A DNA stretch of 64,000 nucleotides, taken from contig JANPBY010000004.1 of the NCBI GenBank assembly GCA_031430645.1, forward strand, positions 4,337 to 68,336, written 5' to 3'. The notes beneath the pieces were generated by a model. It did not search any database, was not told the DNA's origin, and worked only from the letters and a program-made list of their open reading frames with translations. The stretch comes from Actinomycetes bacterium. Its GTDB lineage: Bacteria > Actinomycetota > Actinomycetes > DATJPE01. Shown here one piece after another: positions 28,628 to 38,326 of the stretch (the stretch's first letter is position 1; every line of letters starts with the position of its first letter). A program made the translations under genes and the position numbers.

Positions 28628-30988
28628 TCACTGTCTTGCCATGGCGACCCGCCACCGGTCCTCGTCGGTGATCAGGTGGTCGTGGTCATCGTCTCCGATG
28701 TCTAGCTGAACCCACGCGATGGTCCCGGTGAACCTGCTGGACGTCGGCGTGTAGTCGTCGCTGACCGGCGATGCGGTGTCCTGACCGACATCACAGGTCT
28801 CATCGGCGGAGAAGATCATTGGGATGGTGGCGTTGAGCCGGCCGGTGTCCACCTCGTCACCGCCGTCGAACAGGCGTACGTCGCCGCCTTTGGCCAGTCC
28901 GCCGCCGTCGTAGGTGAACTCCATCCGCACCTGGAAGGTGCCCGTGGGAAGCGCCTGGTCGGCCGCGATCTTGATCCTGCTGATGCCTAGGAGGTTGTAG
29001 CAGTAGGTGAGCCGACCCTCGTGGAGATAGAGCGCCCACCCGGCGAAGGCACCCCCCTGGGCAACGATGACGCCGTTGCTCCCGCCTTCGTCGACGGTGA
29101 TTTCGGCGGTGACGCTGTGCGACTTGTTCTTCAGGTTGAGGACAGTGTTCTCGGTCAGTCTCCCCATGCCGGCGAAGAGCTTCTGCGAGGTTCCCTTGAT
29201 CAGCGAGGGCCGCCCGGCAAGCTCGGCGTTGAACCGTTCAACGGTCCGGTCGTCGAGGGGGAAGACGCCGAACTTGGTCGCCTCGAGCATGAACAGGCGC
29301 TGGAGCTCTCGCAGCTTGTCCGGCTGCTCATGGGAGAGGTCCCGCGCCTGGGTCCAGTCGGTGGTGCTGTCGTACAGCTCCCACACGTCGTCGTCGAAGG
29401 GCGTCACCGACGCCATCTCCCACGGCGTGCGGTGCTTGGTCACCGCGGACCAGCCGCGGTGATAGATCCCGCGGTTGCCCATGATCTCGAAGTACTGGGT
29501 CTCGCGGCGCTCCACTGCGTGGGGGTCTTCGAAGCAGTAGCCCATGCTCACTCCATGCAGCGGCATCTGCTGCATGCCGTTCACGAAGGCCGGCGCCGGG
29601 ATGCCCGCCACGTCCAAGACCGTCGCGGCCACGTCGATGACGTGATGGAACTGGTGGCGGACCTGGTCCTGGGCCTGGATGCCGTTCGGCCACGACACGA
29701 TCGTGCCGTTGCGGGTCCCGCCCCAGTGTGAGGCGACCTGCTTGGTCCACTGATAGGGCGTGCACATCGCGTGCGCCCAGCCCACGGCGTAGTGGTTGTA
29801 GGCGGCAGGGCTGCCGATGCTGTCAACGTGGGAGATGAGGAACTCAGGTGTCTCCAAGTGCGCCGCGCCGTTGAAGATGAACATCTCGTTGAAGCTGCCG
29901 TTGATCGAGCCCTCGGCGCTGGCGCCGTTGTCCCCGATGATGAAATAGATCAGGGTGTCGTCATAGACCTCGAGGTCCTCGAGGGTGTCGAGGAGCCGGC
30001 CGATGTGGTGGTCGGTGTGCTCCAGAAAGCCGGCGTAGACCTCCATCTGTCGTTCCAGGACCGGCTTCAACTCCTCGGGCATGTCGTCGTAGGCCGGAAT
30101 CTCCGCGTGCCGCGCGGTGAGCTCGGCGTCGGCCGGGATCACCCCCAGCTCCTTCTGCCGGGCAAACATCTCCTCGCGGAGCACGTCCCACCCGGCCGCG
30201 AACTTGCCGCGATGGTGGTCCGCCCACTCCTCTGGCACGTGGTGCGGAGCATGGGTCGCCCCGGGCGCGTAGTACATGAAGAACGGCTTGTCCGGCATCA
30301 AGGACTTCTGCTGCCGCACCCACCCGATGGCCTTGTCGGTCATGTCCTCGGTGAGGTGATACCCCTGCTCCGGGGTCTTCGCCGGCTCTACCGCCGTCGT
30401 GCCCTCATACAGCGCCGGGTAGTACTGATTGGTCTCACCGCCGAGGAAGCCGTAGAAGTACTCAAAGCCGCTTCCGGTGGGCCACTGATCGAAGGGCCCC
30501 ATCGGGCTGGTCTGCCACACGGGCACCTCATGGCACTTGCCGAACTGCGCGGTGCTGTACCCGTTGAGCAGCAGCGTCTGCGCCAGCGGAGCCGCGTTGT
30601 TGGGACGCAGCGAGCTGTACCCGGGGGCGGACGTGGCGATCTCGGTGATCGCACCCATCCCCACCGCGTGATGGTTCCGCCCGGTCAACAGGGCCTGGCG
30701 AGTGGCCGCACACAACGCCGTCGTGTGAAACCGCGTGAACTTCAGTCCCCTCCCGGCCACGCGTTCGGCGTTGGGCGTCGGGCACGGCCCACCGAAAGCA
30801 CTGGACGCACCGAAGCCGATGTCGTCCAGAAGGATGATCAAGACGTTCGGCGCACCCTCCGGCGGCCGCAGCGGTTCGATCGCCGGGAACGACGTCTCCG
30901 GATCCCGCGCGTCGTAGGTGGTCAAGCCACCCAGGGTGTTTTCGGGGATCGGGAGTACGGACCGCTGGATCGGTGGCTTGGGCGTCAT
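28628..30988 (-). CDS. Arylsulfatase (type I, formylglycine-dependent)
   Basis: LDDIGFG, LCAATR..LLTGRNHH, GKCHE, DNGAS, HVIDV; C-terminal LamG-like domain; ATG 30988 with CAGACT -10 6 nt upstream. Confidence 0.92.
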   Translation of the reverse strand: MTPKPPIQRSVLPIPENTLGGLTTYDARDPETSFPAIEPLRPPEGAPNVLIILLDDIGFGASSAFGGPCPTPNAERVAGRGLKFTRFHTTALCAATRQALLTGRNHHAVGMGAITEIATSAPGYSSLRPNNAAPLAQTLLLNGYSTAQFGKCHEVPVWQTSPMGPFDQWPTGSGFEYFYGFLGGETNQYYPALYEGTTAVEPAKTPEQGYHLTEDMTDKAIGWVRQQKSLMPDKPFFMYYAPGATHAPHHVPEEWADHHRGKFAAGWDVLREEMFARQKELGVIPADAELTARHAEIPAYDDMPEELKPVLERQMEVYAGFLEHTDHHIGRLLDTLEDLEVYDDTLIYFIIGDNGASAEGSINGSFNEMFIFNGAAHLETPEFLISHVDSIGSPAAYNHYAVGWAHAMCTPYQWTKQVASHWGGTRNGTIVSWPNGIQAQDQVRHQFHHVIDVAATVLDVAGIPAPAFVNGMQQMPLHGVSMGYCFEDPHAVERRETQYFEIMGNRGIYHRGWSAVTKHRTPWEMASVTPFDDDVWELYDSTTDWTQARDLSHEQPDKLRELQRLFMLEATKFGVFPLDDRTVERFNAELAGRPSLIKGTSQKLFAGMGRLTENTVLNLKNKSHSVTAEITVDEGGSNGVIVAQGGAFAGWALYLHEGRLTYCYNLLGISRIKIAADQALPTGTFQVRMEFTYDGGGLAKGGDVRLFDGGDEVDTGRLNATIPMIFSADETCDVGQDTASPVSDDYTPTSSRFTGTIAWVQLDIGDDDHDHLITDEDRWRVAMARQ

Positions 30989-31149
30989 GGCCCAAGTCTG
31001 TCTGATTCGAACGGGCGCAGCGAGCCGACCCTGCCGCCTGGTTTCCCAGTCGTCAGGAGCCCGGGGATGGACGGCCCAGATCGACCGGCAGTTCCCTGAT
31101 TCCATGCTGCTACGCAGCGAGAACTTCCAATCAACGGGCGCTTCGAAGG

Positions 31150-31323
31150 GTGACCGACATCGCGCCGGACATGAACTCGCGGGAGTTCGAGCGAGTCGTG
31201 CGCGACTGCCTCGACCGGAGGTTGTTCAGCGTTGGCGAAGCCTCAGCCCGAATCGCCGAGCCCGACATGCTGACCCGACCCGGCGCCCACCTGCTGCGCC
31301 AGTTGCTGCCCACCCAGGAGTGA
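31150..31323 (+). other. 57-aa ORF, possible remnant of an AbiEi/DUF559-type gene
   Basis: VTDIAPDMNSREFERVVRDCLDRRLFSVGEASARIAE...RPGAHLLRQLL resembles the helical mid-section of such proteins; below the ORF-track cutoff. Confidence 0.3.
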
Positions 31324-31336
31324 CCTGACGGTTGAG

Positions 31337-32767
31337 CTAGCCGCGCAGGGCCTCGGCAAGCTCACGGAAGTCGCCTACGAGGAGGTCCATGTCCTCACGC
31401 GTGTGTGCCAGGGACACCAGCCACTGCTCGTCGAGCCCGGGCGGGGTGAGAATGCCGCGGTTGACGCCCCACAGCCAGCTGAGCTCCGCGGCGCCGAAGT
31501 CGGTCCGCTTGTAGTCGCGGTAGTTGCGCACCGGGGTGGACGACCAGGTGACGGCGCCCTTGACTCCGAAGCCGACCGTGTGGGCGGGCAGGTCATGCTC
31601 ACCGATGATCGCGTTCATCGCCTCGAGCGCATCCACGTTGAGCTTCTCCGAAGCAGCCAACGCCTCCACCGTGGCGATCTCGTCGATAGCCATGGCGGCG
31701 GCCACGACGAGCGGGTTGCCGTTGTAGGTACCGAAGTGCGGCATCCGACCATCGGTCAGGCAGGCCATGACCTCGTTCCGTCCACCGAAGGCTGCCAGCG
31801 GAAGGCCACCGCCGATGCTCTTGGCGAGGCAGACCAGATCGGGAGTGACGCCCAGCCGCTGCGAGGCCCCGGCATAGCCGGCCGTGAGACCAGTCTTGAC
31901 CTCGTCAAAGACCAGAAGTGCGCCGTTGGCGTCGCACATCGCACGGACGCTGGTGAGGTAGCCCTCGTCGGGCACCACGATCCCGATGTTCTCAAGCACC
32001 GGCTCCATGAAGACGCAAGCAACCTCCGGGCCGTGCTCGGCGAAGAGCTGCTCCAAGCGCGCGAGGTCGTTGTAGGGGACGACGTGGACCGTGCCGGCCT
32101 CAACCTCGAACGGAGTCACCGGAGTCGGGGCGTGCTCCGGCCCGGCGTCGGCTACGTCCGGCTTCACCGAGACCTGAAGCGCGTCATAGCCCCCGTGATA
32201 GCCGCCCTCGATCTTGATGATCGCCTTCCGGCCGGTAAAAGCCCGAGCGGTGCGCAGCGCGTACATCGTGGATTCGGTGCCGGAGTTGGTGAAGCGCAAC
32301 TGGTCTAGACCGAAACGCCGCTGAAAGCGTTCAGCTGCTTCGGTCGCCGACGGGGACGGGGTGACGAACAAAGTGCCGGTCTCCAGGGCCTTGGCGACAG
32401 CCGCGACGACCGTGGGGTTGAGGTGGCCGACCAGCATCGCGCCGAAACCCATCGAGAGGTCGAGCAACGGTCGGCCGTCGACGTCGGTGAGCCACGCGCC
32501 CTTGGCGCTGGCGATCGCCACGGGGTACGGGTCCCAGTGCTGGAACGACGACGGCACGCCGAGCGGCAGCGATCCGAGCGCGCGGGCGTGATGCGCCGCG
32601 GAGCCCGGGGTCTGCGCCTCAAAGCGCACCCACTCGGCCGCGAGCAGCGATGCCACGCGCATGCGGTCGAGTGGGGCAGTGCCCTCGGGAATGACCCGGT
32701 AAGTTGCCGGGTCGTGCGCCGGCCAGGTCACTGGCGTCGGGACAATTGTCGTGGTCTCGGCAGTCAT
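31337..32767 (-). CDS. Class III PLP aminotransferase (glutamate-1-semialdehyde aminomutase-like paralog)
   Basis: DVDG..LLDLSMGFG, NSGTESTM, EGGYHG, FDEVKTG, LAKSIGGGLP, GTYNGNP. Confidence 0.88.
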   Translation of the reverse strand: MTAETTTIVPTPVTWPAHDPATYRVIPEGTAPLDRMRVASLLAAEWVRFEAQTPGSAAHHARALGSLPLGVPSSFQHWDPYPVAIASAKGAWLTDVDGRPLLDLSMGFGAMLVGHLNPTVVAAVAKALETGTLFVTPSPSATEAAERFQRRFGLDQLRFTNSGTESTMYALRTARAFTGRKAIIKIEGGYHGGYDALQVSVKPDVADAGPEHAPTPVTPFEVEAGTVHVVPYNDLARLEQLFAEHGPEVACVFMEPVLENIGIVVPDEGYLTSVRAMCDANGALLVFDEVKTGLTAGYAGASQRLGVTPDLVCLAKSIGGGLPLAAFGGRNEVMACLTDGRMPHFGTYNGNPLVVAAAMAIDEIATVEALAASEKLNVDALEAMNAIIGEHDLPAHTVGFGVKGAVTWSSTPVRNYRDYKRTDFGAAELSWLWGVNRGILTPPGLDEQWLVSLAHTREDMDLLVGDFRELAEALRG

Positions 32768-32858
32768 CTGGGAACTGTATCGGCGCCATCACACCCGGAC
32801 CAGGGGGTCGAGCCTCAATAGTGGCGAGAGCCTGCTCGATCGTGGAAGCCAGGTGAGC

Positions 32859-33398
32859 TCAGATCGAGCCTCCGGCGGCCGAAGGGGCCGTCGGGTCTGT
32901 GGACTCGGTGGTGCCCTCGCGCGCCAGGTAGTCCTCGAGCAGCATCAAGTTGTCACCCACGCGCTTGGCCACCTGGAGCAGGGTGGACATCGAGGCGACC
33001 TCCTCGACCTGCTCCTTGAGGAACCAGTGCGTGAACTGCTCACCGAGGTAGTCGCCGTCATCCCGAGCCGCAGCAATGATCTGCTCAAAGTCTGTGGTCA
33101 CCCGCTTCTCCTGCTCCAGCGCGAGCTCCACGAGCTCGACCACCGAGCCAAGATCGTTGCGTACGTCGGGCACCGAAGGGATCGAGACCGGAACATCGCG
33201 GTCCATGAGGTACCGCACGAGCATCATCGCGTGGTTGCGCTCCTCGACAGCCTGTCGGTAGAAGTGCAGCGCCAGTTGCGGAAGAGCCTGCTGATCGAGC
33301 CAAACGGCGAAGGCCACGTACTGTTGTGAGGCGAGGAACTCGTTGCCGATCTGCTGCTGCATCAGGGCGTTGGTGCGGGTGAGAGAGGCGTCGGTCAT
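32859..33398 (-). CDS. ftn: Non-heme ferritin
   Basis: EFLASQQY, EERNHAM, EQEKRVT, WFLKEQVEE ferroxidase centre; TACCGT -10 6 nt before ATG. Confidence 0.9.
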   Translation of the reverse strand: MTDASLTRTNALMQQQIGNEFLASQQYVAFAVWLDQQALPQLALHFYRQAVEERNHAMMLVRYLMDRDVPVSIPSVPDVRNDLGSVVELVELALEQEKRVTTDFEQIIAAARDDGDYLGEQFTHWFLKEQVEEVASMSTLLQVAKRVGDNLMLLEDYLAREGTTESTDPTAPSAAGGSI

Positions 33399-33475
33399 TG
33401 CTCCACGGTAGGCGGTCGGCCGTCCGGCCGCGCGCGGGCCACCCCCTCACTGCTCGCTCCGAGGCAGCCGCGTCC

Positions 33476-35086
33476 TCAGGTCACTGCGACTGCATCAGTG
33501 GGACGGCGAGCTGGGGTCGGCTTCTCGTGGGGCAGATCTCGGGTGAAGGCCAGCGAGAGTAGGGCGAGGAACGCGGCCGCGAGAAATCCGACCTTGAGTG
33601 CCTGCAGTTGCGCTTGCGCGTAGTCATCGACCAGGGCCGCAGTTGTCGCCTCGTCCAAGCCGGCGTCTTGTGCTGCGGCCTCGATCTCCGAGGTGGCAAC
33701 AAAATCGATCCCGGAGCCGACCGCAACGCCCACTTGGGTGGAGACCTCGGCACTGATGCGCTCATCTGCTTGGACGTTGGAGATGAACGCGCTGGTGAGT
33801 CCGGCCAGGACGATCGCGCCGATGAGCGCGACCCCGAGCGCGGAGCCGAGCTGCTGGCCGGTGTATTGCAACCCGCCAGCCTCCCCTCGACCCGAAGCGT
33901 CCACCGAGGACTGCACGACGTTGCCCAGCTGCGAAGCAAGCAGTCCCATGCCGACACCAAGCAGAGCCATCGACCAGGCGAAGGCGGCGTCGGCCAGGTC
34001 GGGTTGGACGGTCCAGAGCAGCGCCAGCACCGCCACGACGACGGTCGCCAGGCCCGAACGGACAATCCCTCGCACCGAGAACTTGGACGACAGGCGTGAG
34101 CCCAGGGCCGAGGCTATGAACATCGTGATCGAGACGGGCAGCATCTTGATCCCGGTCTCCAGCGCATCGAGTCCGAGGACGAGCTGCAGGTACAGCGGCA
34201 CGACGAAAAAGACACCCATCAGGATCAGGTTCTGGCTGAACAGTCCGATCACGCCGGCGCGCAACGGCGGCACCTTGAGCAGGTCCAGATGCACCAAAGG
34301 ATCGGTGCCGGATGCCTCGCGATGACGCTGCCAGACTACGAACCCCCAGATCAGGGCACCGCCCAAGGCGATGACAAACAAGGTGAGTGAGAAGCCAAAC
34401 GGCTCCACCGGTGAGTCCTTCGGCTGAATCCAGCCCCACGTGCTGGATTGAAGCGTGCCCAGCACGATCATCCCCAGACCGGTGGCGGACAACGCGGTTC
34501 CGACCACGTCGAGGCGAGGCGGGGGTCCTGTGCGCTCCGCGTCAGCCACAAGGCGACTCATCACCAAGATGAACACGACGAGCACGACCTCGCCGGCGAA
34601 GATGACCCGCCAAGACAGCTCCGTCGTGGCCCAGCCCCCGAGAATCGGGCCGATGGCGATCCCGGCGCCGGCAACGCCGCCGATCACCGCGTACGCCACT
34701 TTGCGTTGTTGCCCCTCGTAGTTCCCAGCGATGAGCGCCGCCATGGCCGGGAGAACCAACGCCGCACCGAGTCCCTCAAGGATCGACCACCCCAAGGTCA
34801 GGATCTCGATGGTCGGAGCAACGGCGGTCAGTGCGGAGCCGCAGCCATAGATGACCAGTCCGATAACGAACGCACGTCGGCGGCCGATGATGTCGCCGAT
34901 CTTCGCGCCCGTCAGCATGAACATCGCCATCACCAGGCAATACAGGGTGATCACGGCCTGAATCGTGGTGACCGTCGTGTCGAAGTCGTCGACCAGGGTG
35001 CTGATGGAGACGTTCATCACCGACTGGTCCAGGACCATCACGAACTGGGCTGTTGCGAGTGCAACCAGCGGCCACCAACGCTTCAC
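33476..35086 (-). CDS. MFS transporter (DHA2-like, about 14 TM)
   Basis: QFVMVLDQSVMNV, KIGDIIGRRR (motif A), GPILGG (motif C). Confidence 0.9.
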   Translation of the reverse strand: MKRWWPLVALATAQFVMVLDQSVMNVSISTLVDDFDTTVTTIQAVITLYCLVMAMFMLTGAKIGDIIGRRRAFVIGLVIYGCGSALTAVAPTIEILTLGWSILEGLGAALVLPAMAALIAGNYEGQQRKVAYAVIGGVAGAGIAIGPILGGWATTELSWRVIFAGEVVLVVFILVMSRLVADAERTGPPPRLDVVGTALSATGLGMIVLGTLQSSTWGWIQPKDSPVEPFGFSLTLFVIALGGALIWGFVVWQRHREASGTDPLVHLDLLKVPPLRAGVIGLFSQNLILMGVFFVVPLYLQLVLGLDALETGIKMLPVSITMFIASALGSRLSSKFSVRGIVRSGLATVVVAVLALLWTVQPDLADAAFAWSMALLGVGMGLLASQLGNVVQSSVDASGRGEAGGLQYTGQQLGSALGVALIGAIVLAGLTSAFISNVQADERISAEVSTQVGVAVGSGIDFVATSEIEAAAQDAGLDEATTAALVDDYAQAQLQALKVGFLAAAFLALLSLAFTRDLPHEKPTPARRPTDAVAVT

Positions 35087-35116
35087 GAGTCTTCTCCGAT
35101 CTCTCGACGAGCTGGA

Positions 35117-37285
35117 CTAGGCAACGGGCTGCGGCTCGTCGACAACGACGTCGGATTCGACCACCGCCGCGTGCGGTTCGACGCGAAGCACGGTCGCTGC
35201 CCACGGCGGCAGCCACCAGTTCCACCGGGCGAACAACGAAACCAGAGCCGGCACGAGCAAGGCGCGCACGATGGTGGCGTCGAGCAAGATTCCGATGCCC
35301 AGGGCCGTCGCAAACACCTTGATGTCAGTCCCGGGTGAGGCTGCCAGCGCGATGAAGGCCATGAACAGGATGAGTGCAGCGCACGTCACCAGCCGCCCCG
35401 TTCGACCGATCCCGACAATCACCGCAGTGTCGGTTTTGCCGCTGCTGTCGTACTCCTCCCTCATGCGCGAGAGGATGAAGACCTCATAGTCCATCGACAA
35501 CCCGAAAAGGAAGGCGAAGATCAGTACGGGGAGCCAGAAGGTCACCGAACCCGTGGCCGAGATCCCGAAGATGAGTTCCGACCCGTTGCCTTCCTGCCAG
35601 AACCAGACCGTCGCGCCGAACGTGGCAGCGACCGACAGGATGTTGAGCACCACGGCCTTGAAGGCGAGAAGGATGGAGCGGAAAGCCCGGGCCAGGAGCA
35701 CGAAGGTCACCAGCGACACAAGCGCGAGCACAAAGGGGAAGTTCCCGTACACAGCGTTGATGTAGTCGAGCACGACGGCGCCCGCCCCGGATACTCCGAC
35801 GAAGCCAGGCACCGACGAGACCGCATCCGTGAGCCGGTTCACGACCTGAGCGTTTTCGCTGTCGACGGTCTCATCGGTCGGGATGACTCCGATGAGTGCG
35901 CTTTCCTCATGACGCCACTGCGGGTTGTCGGGTGCAAACGCGGCACTCACGCCCTCCACGCCTATGGACTTAGTGACCACCTCATCGGCGCTCGTAGCAA
36001 CGTCGCCACCGGCAACCAGAACATCGAGCGGAGAGACCACGCCGCCAGGAACTCCGCCTGCGGTCAGAGTTTGCAGCGCCTCGTAGGCCGGTCCCGCACT
36101 AGCCAAGGAGTCGGTCTGCGCCTGCCCGATCCGAATGCCGAACACGGGCGCGATCAACAGCCCGAGCATCAGGAGGGCAACGCCGGCAGCGATCCATCGT
36201 CGACGCACGATCAGCCTCGCCCAAGCCGTCCAGGCTCCTGAGGCCTTGTCCTCGTGACGAATCTTCGGCCAGTCGACGCGTGGCCCAATCCCGCCGAGCA
36301 ACGCGGGAAGGAGAGTCAGGACGACGACCGTGCTGACCAACGGGATCAGCATGCCGCCCAAGCCCATGCTGCGCAGAAACGGCACGGGGATGACGAGCAG
36401 TGCGGCCAGGCTGATGGCCACGGTGCCCGCACTCGAGATGACGGCCCGACCTGCCGTCTGCATCGCGACAGTCACAGCCTCCTCATTTGGGACGCCATGG
36501 TCGCGCTCTTCACGCCAGCGCGTGACGAGCACCAGGGAGTAGTCGATTGCGACACCGAGGCCGACCAGCGCGATCAGGAACTGCACGATGAAACTCATGT
36601 CAGTCACATAAGTCAGCAGCAGTACGAGGATGAACGTCGTGAGGATTGCAACTGCCGCGATAAGCAACGGCACGAGCGCCAAGAACGACGCAAAGACGAA
36701 GAGCAGAACAGCGAGCGCACCCAGGGCACCCAGCATCGTCTCGAAGAGAACGCTCGGTGAACTCTCTTCTCCGCCGCCTTCGCCTTGGGCTAGCAGGTTG
36801 TAGCCGGTCAGCTCCCAGTCCAAGCCCGTGGTGGCATTGGCACGATCGAGGATCGGCTGAACGGCCTTGTCCGGCTGAGGTTCGGTGAAGCTCAGAGGCG
36901 GCGGGAAGTAGGCCAGGGCGTAGGTCGTACGACCATCCGTGGTGAGAAAGACGTCGTCCTGTGTCACCGAAAAGTCAGCCAGCCGCACGCCAGGAATCGC
37001 AGCGATCTCTGCGAAGACGGCATCGATGGCCGCCTGCTGCTCCTTCACCGTGGTGTCCGCAGGAACAGTGACCACGGGGATGTAGGGCTGGAAGCTGGCG
37101 TCCGTGCCGTACTCGGCGAGGATTTGCTGTGAGGCCTCGTAGCCCGGCTGGCCGGGGAGTGAGAAGTCAGTCGTCAGCCGCTCAGTGGCAGGGCCTGCCG
37201 AGAAGACTCCGATGACAAAGATGACGAACCAGCTGACCATCACCCAACGGCGATGGTGCAGAACGAACGACGCGAGTGCGGTCAC
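35117..37285 (-). CDS. MMPL family transporter
   Basis: LVGLGVAIDYS and FLFGLSMDYEVF Asp-Tyr pairs, GILLDATIVRALLVPA; GTG 37285 with AAGGAG RBS. Confidence 0.92.
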   Translation of the reverse strand: MTALASFVLHHRRWVMVSWFVIFVIGVFSAGPATERLTTDFSLPGQPGYEASQQILAEYGTDASFQPYIPVVTVPADTTVKEQQAAIDAVFAEIAAIPGVRLADFSVTQDDVFLTTDGRTTYALAYFPPPLSFTEPQPDKAVQPILDRANATTGLDWELTGYNLLAQGEGGGEESSPSVLFETMLGALGALAVLLFVFASFLALVPLLIAAVAILTTFILVLLLTYVTDMSFIVQFLIALVGLGVAIDYSLVLVTRWREERDHGVPNEEAVTVAMQTAGRAVISSAGTVAISLAALLVIPVPFLRSMGLGGMLIPLVSTVVVLTLLPALLGGIGPRVDWPKIRHEDKASGAWTAWARLIVRRRWIAAGVALLMLGLLIAPVFGIRIGQAQTDSLASAGPAYEALQTLTAGGVPGGVVSPLDVLVAGGDVATSADEVVTKSIGVEGVSAAFAPDNPQWRHEESALIGVIPTDETVDSENAQVVNRLTDAVSSVPGFVGVSGAGAVVLDYINAVYGNFPFVLALVSLVTFVLLARAFRSILLAFKAVVLNILSVAATFGATVWFWQEGNGSELIFGISATGSVTFWLPVLIFAFLFGLSMDYEVFILSRMREEYDSSGKTDTAVIVGIGRTGRLVTCAALILFMAFIALAASPGTDIKVFATALGIGILLDATIVRALLVPALVSLFARWNWWLPPWAATVLRVEPHAAVVESDVVVDEPQPVA

Positions 37286-37358
37286 CTTGCTCCTTGAGGT
37301 ACGGCAGCGGGAGTCCTCTTTCAAACCTAGCGAACGGCAAGTCGCCTAAGACGCCGGG

Positions 37359-38324
37359 TTAGGTCCGGTAGCTCACGGCGAGGCGGGCGAACCCTTCATC
37401 GAGGGAGACGCGTGGCGACCACCGCAACGCCTCACGGGTCTCGCGTTGGTCGAACCAGTGGGCGGTCGCGAGCTGTTCGGCGAGGAAACGCGTGATGGGC
37501 GGATCGTCCTCGCGCCCCCGGCGCTCCCACACGCTGTCCACGGCGGCGCCGGCCGCCCAGGCCACCCGGAAGGGCACTCGCAGGCGCGGACCGGGAACTC
37601 CTACGGCGGCACAGATCGACGTGAGGATCTCGGCCACCGGTCGCGGCTCCCCGTTGGAGACGACGTACGGCTGCCCGCCAGCAGTGTCAGCGTGGTCAAG
37701 CGCGGCGACGAGGGCGTCAGCGGCGTTGTCGACGTAGGTCGTATCGATGAGAGCACTCCCCCGGCCGATCAACGCCAGCCGACCCGAGCGCCCCCGCTCC
37801 ACGATGCGCGCCACCAACTGGGTGTCGCCCGGACCCCACACCAGATGGGGACGCACGGCGATGACAGAGAAGCCGGGACCGTGCTCGGCCAGGGCCAGTT
37901 GCTCCGCAAGAGCCTTGCTCCGACTGTAGGAACCTCGGGCGGAGTCTGGGTCAGCCGGCCCAGCACCCGCTGCCACCAAGGAGCTCCCGGCGTAGGCGAC
38001 CGAGGGCGACGACACCTGGACAAAGCGGGTCACGCCCGCCTGGCGTGCAGCAGCGACCAGACTCGCGGTGCCCTCGACGTTGGTGGCGAGGTAGTCCTTC
38101 CATACCCCCACGACGTTGACCTTCGCGGCGAGGTGGACGACTGCGTCCATCCCTTCGACGGCTGCACACACGGCTTCGGGGTCTTCGATATCGCCGAGCC
38201 GCTCGGTCAGACCGAGGGAACTGGGTCGGCGCTGCATGACGACGACCTCGTCACCGCGTTCGGCCAGCGCGCGGGCCACGGAGCCGCCGAGCATCCCCGA
38301 CGCGCCCGTGACCAGGACCCGCAT
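37359..38324 (-). CDS. oleD: OleD-like NAD(P)H-dependent 2-alkyl-3-oxoalkanoate reductase
   Basis: TGASGMLG, VHLAAKV, SSPSV, YSRSK (YxxxK), RPHLVWGPGD; follows oleBC. Confidence 0.82.
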   Translation of the reverse strand: MRVLVTGASGMLGGSVARALAERGDEVVVMQRRPSSLGLTERLGDIEDPEAVCAAVEGMDAVVHLAAKVNVVGVWKDYLATNVEGTASLVAAARQAGVTRFVQVSSPSVAYAGSSLVAAGAGPADPDSARGSYSRSKALAEQLALAEHGPGFSVIAVRPHLVWGPGDTQLVARIVERGRSGRLALIGRGSALIDTTYVDNAADALVAALDHADTAGGQPYVVSNGEPRPVAEILTSICAAVGVPGPRLRVPFRVAWAAGAAVDSVWERRGREDDPPITRFLAEQLATAHWFDQRETREALRWSPRVSLDEGFARLAVSYRT

Positions 38325-38326
38325 GA

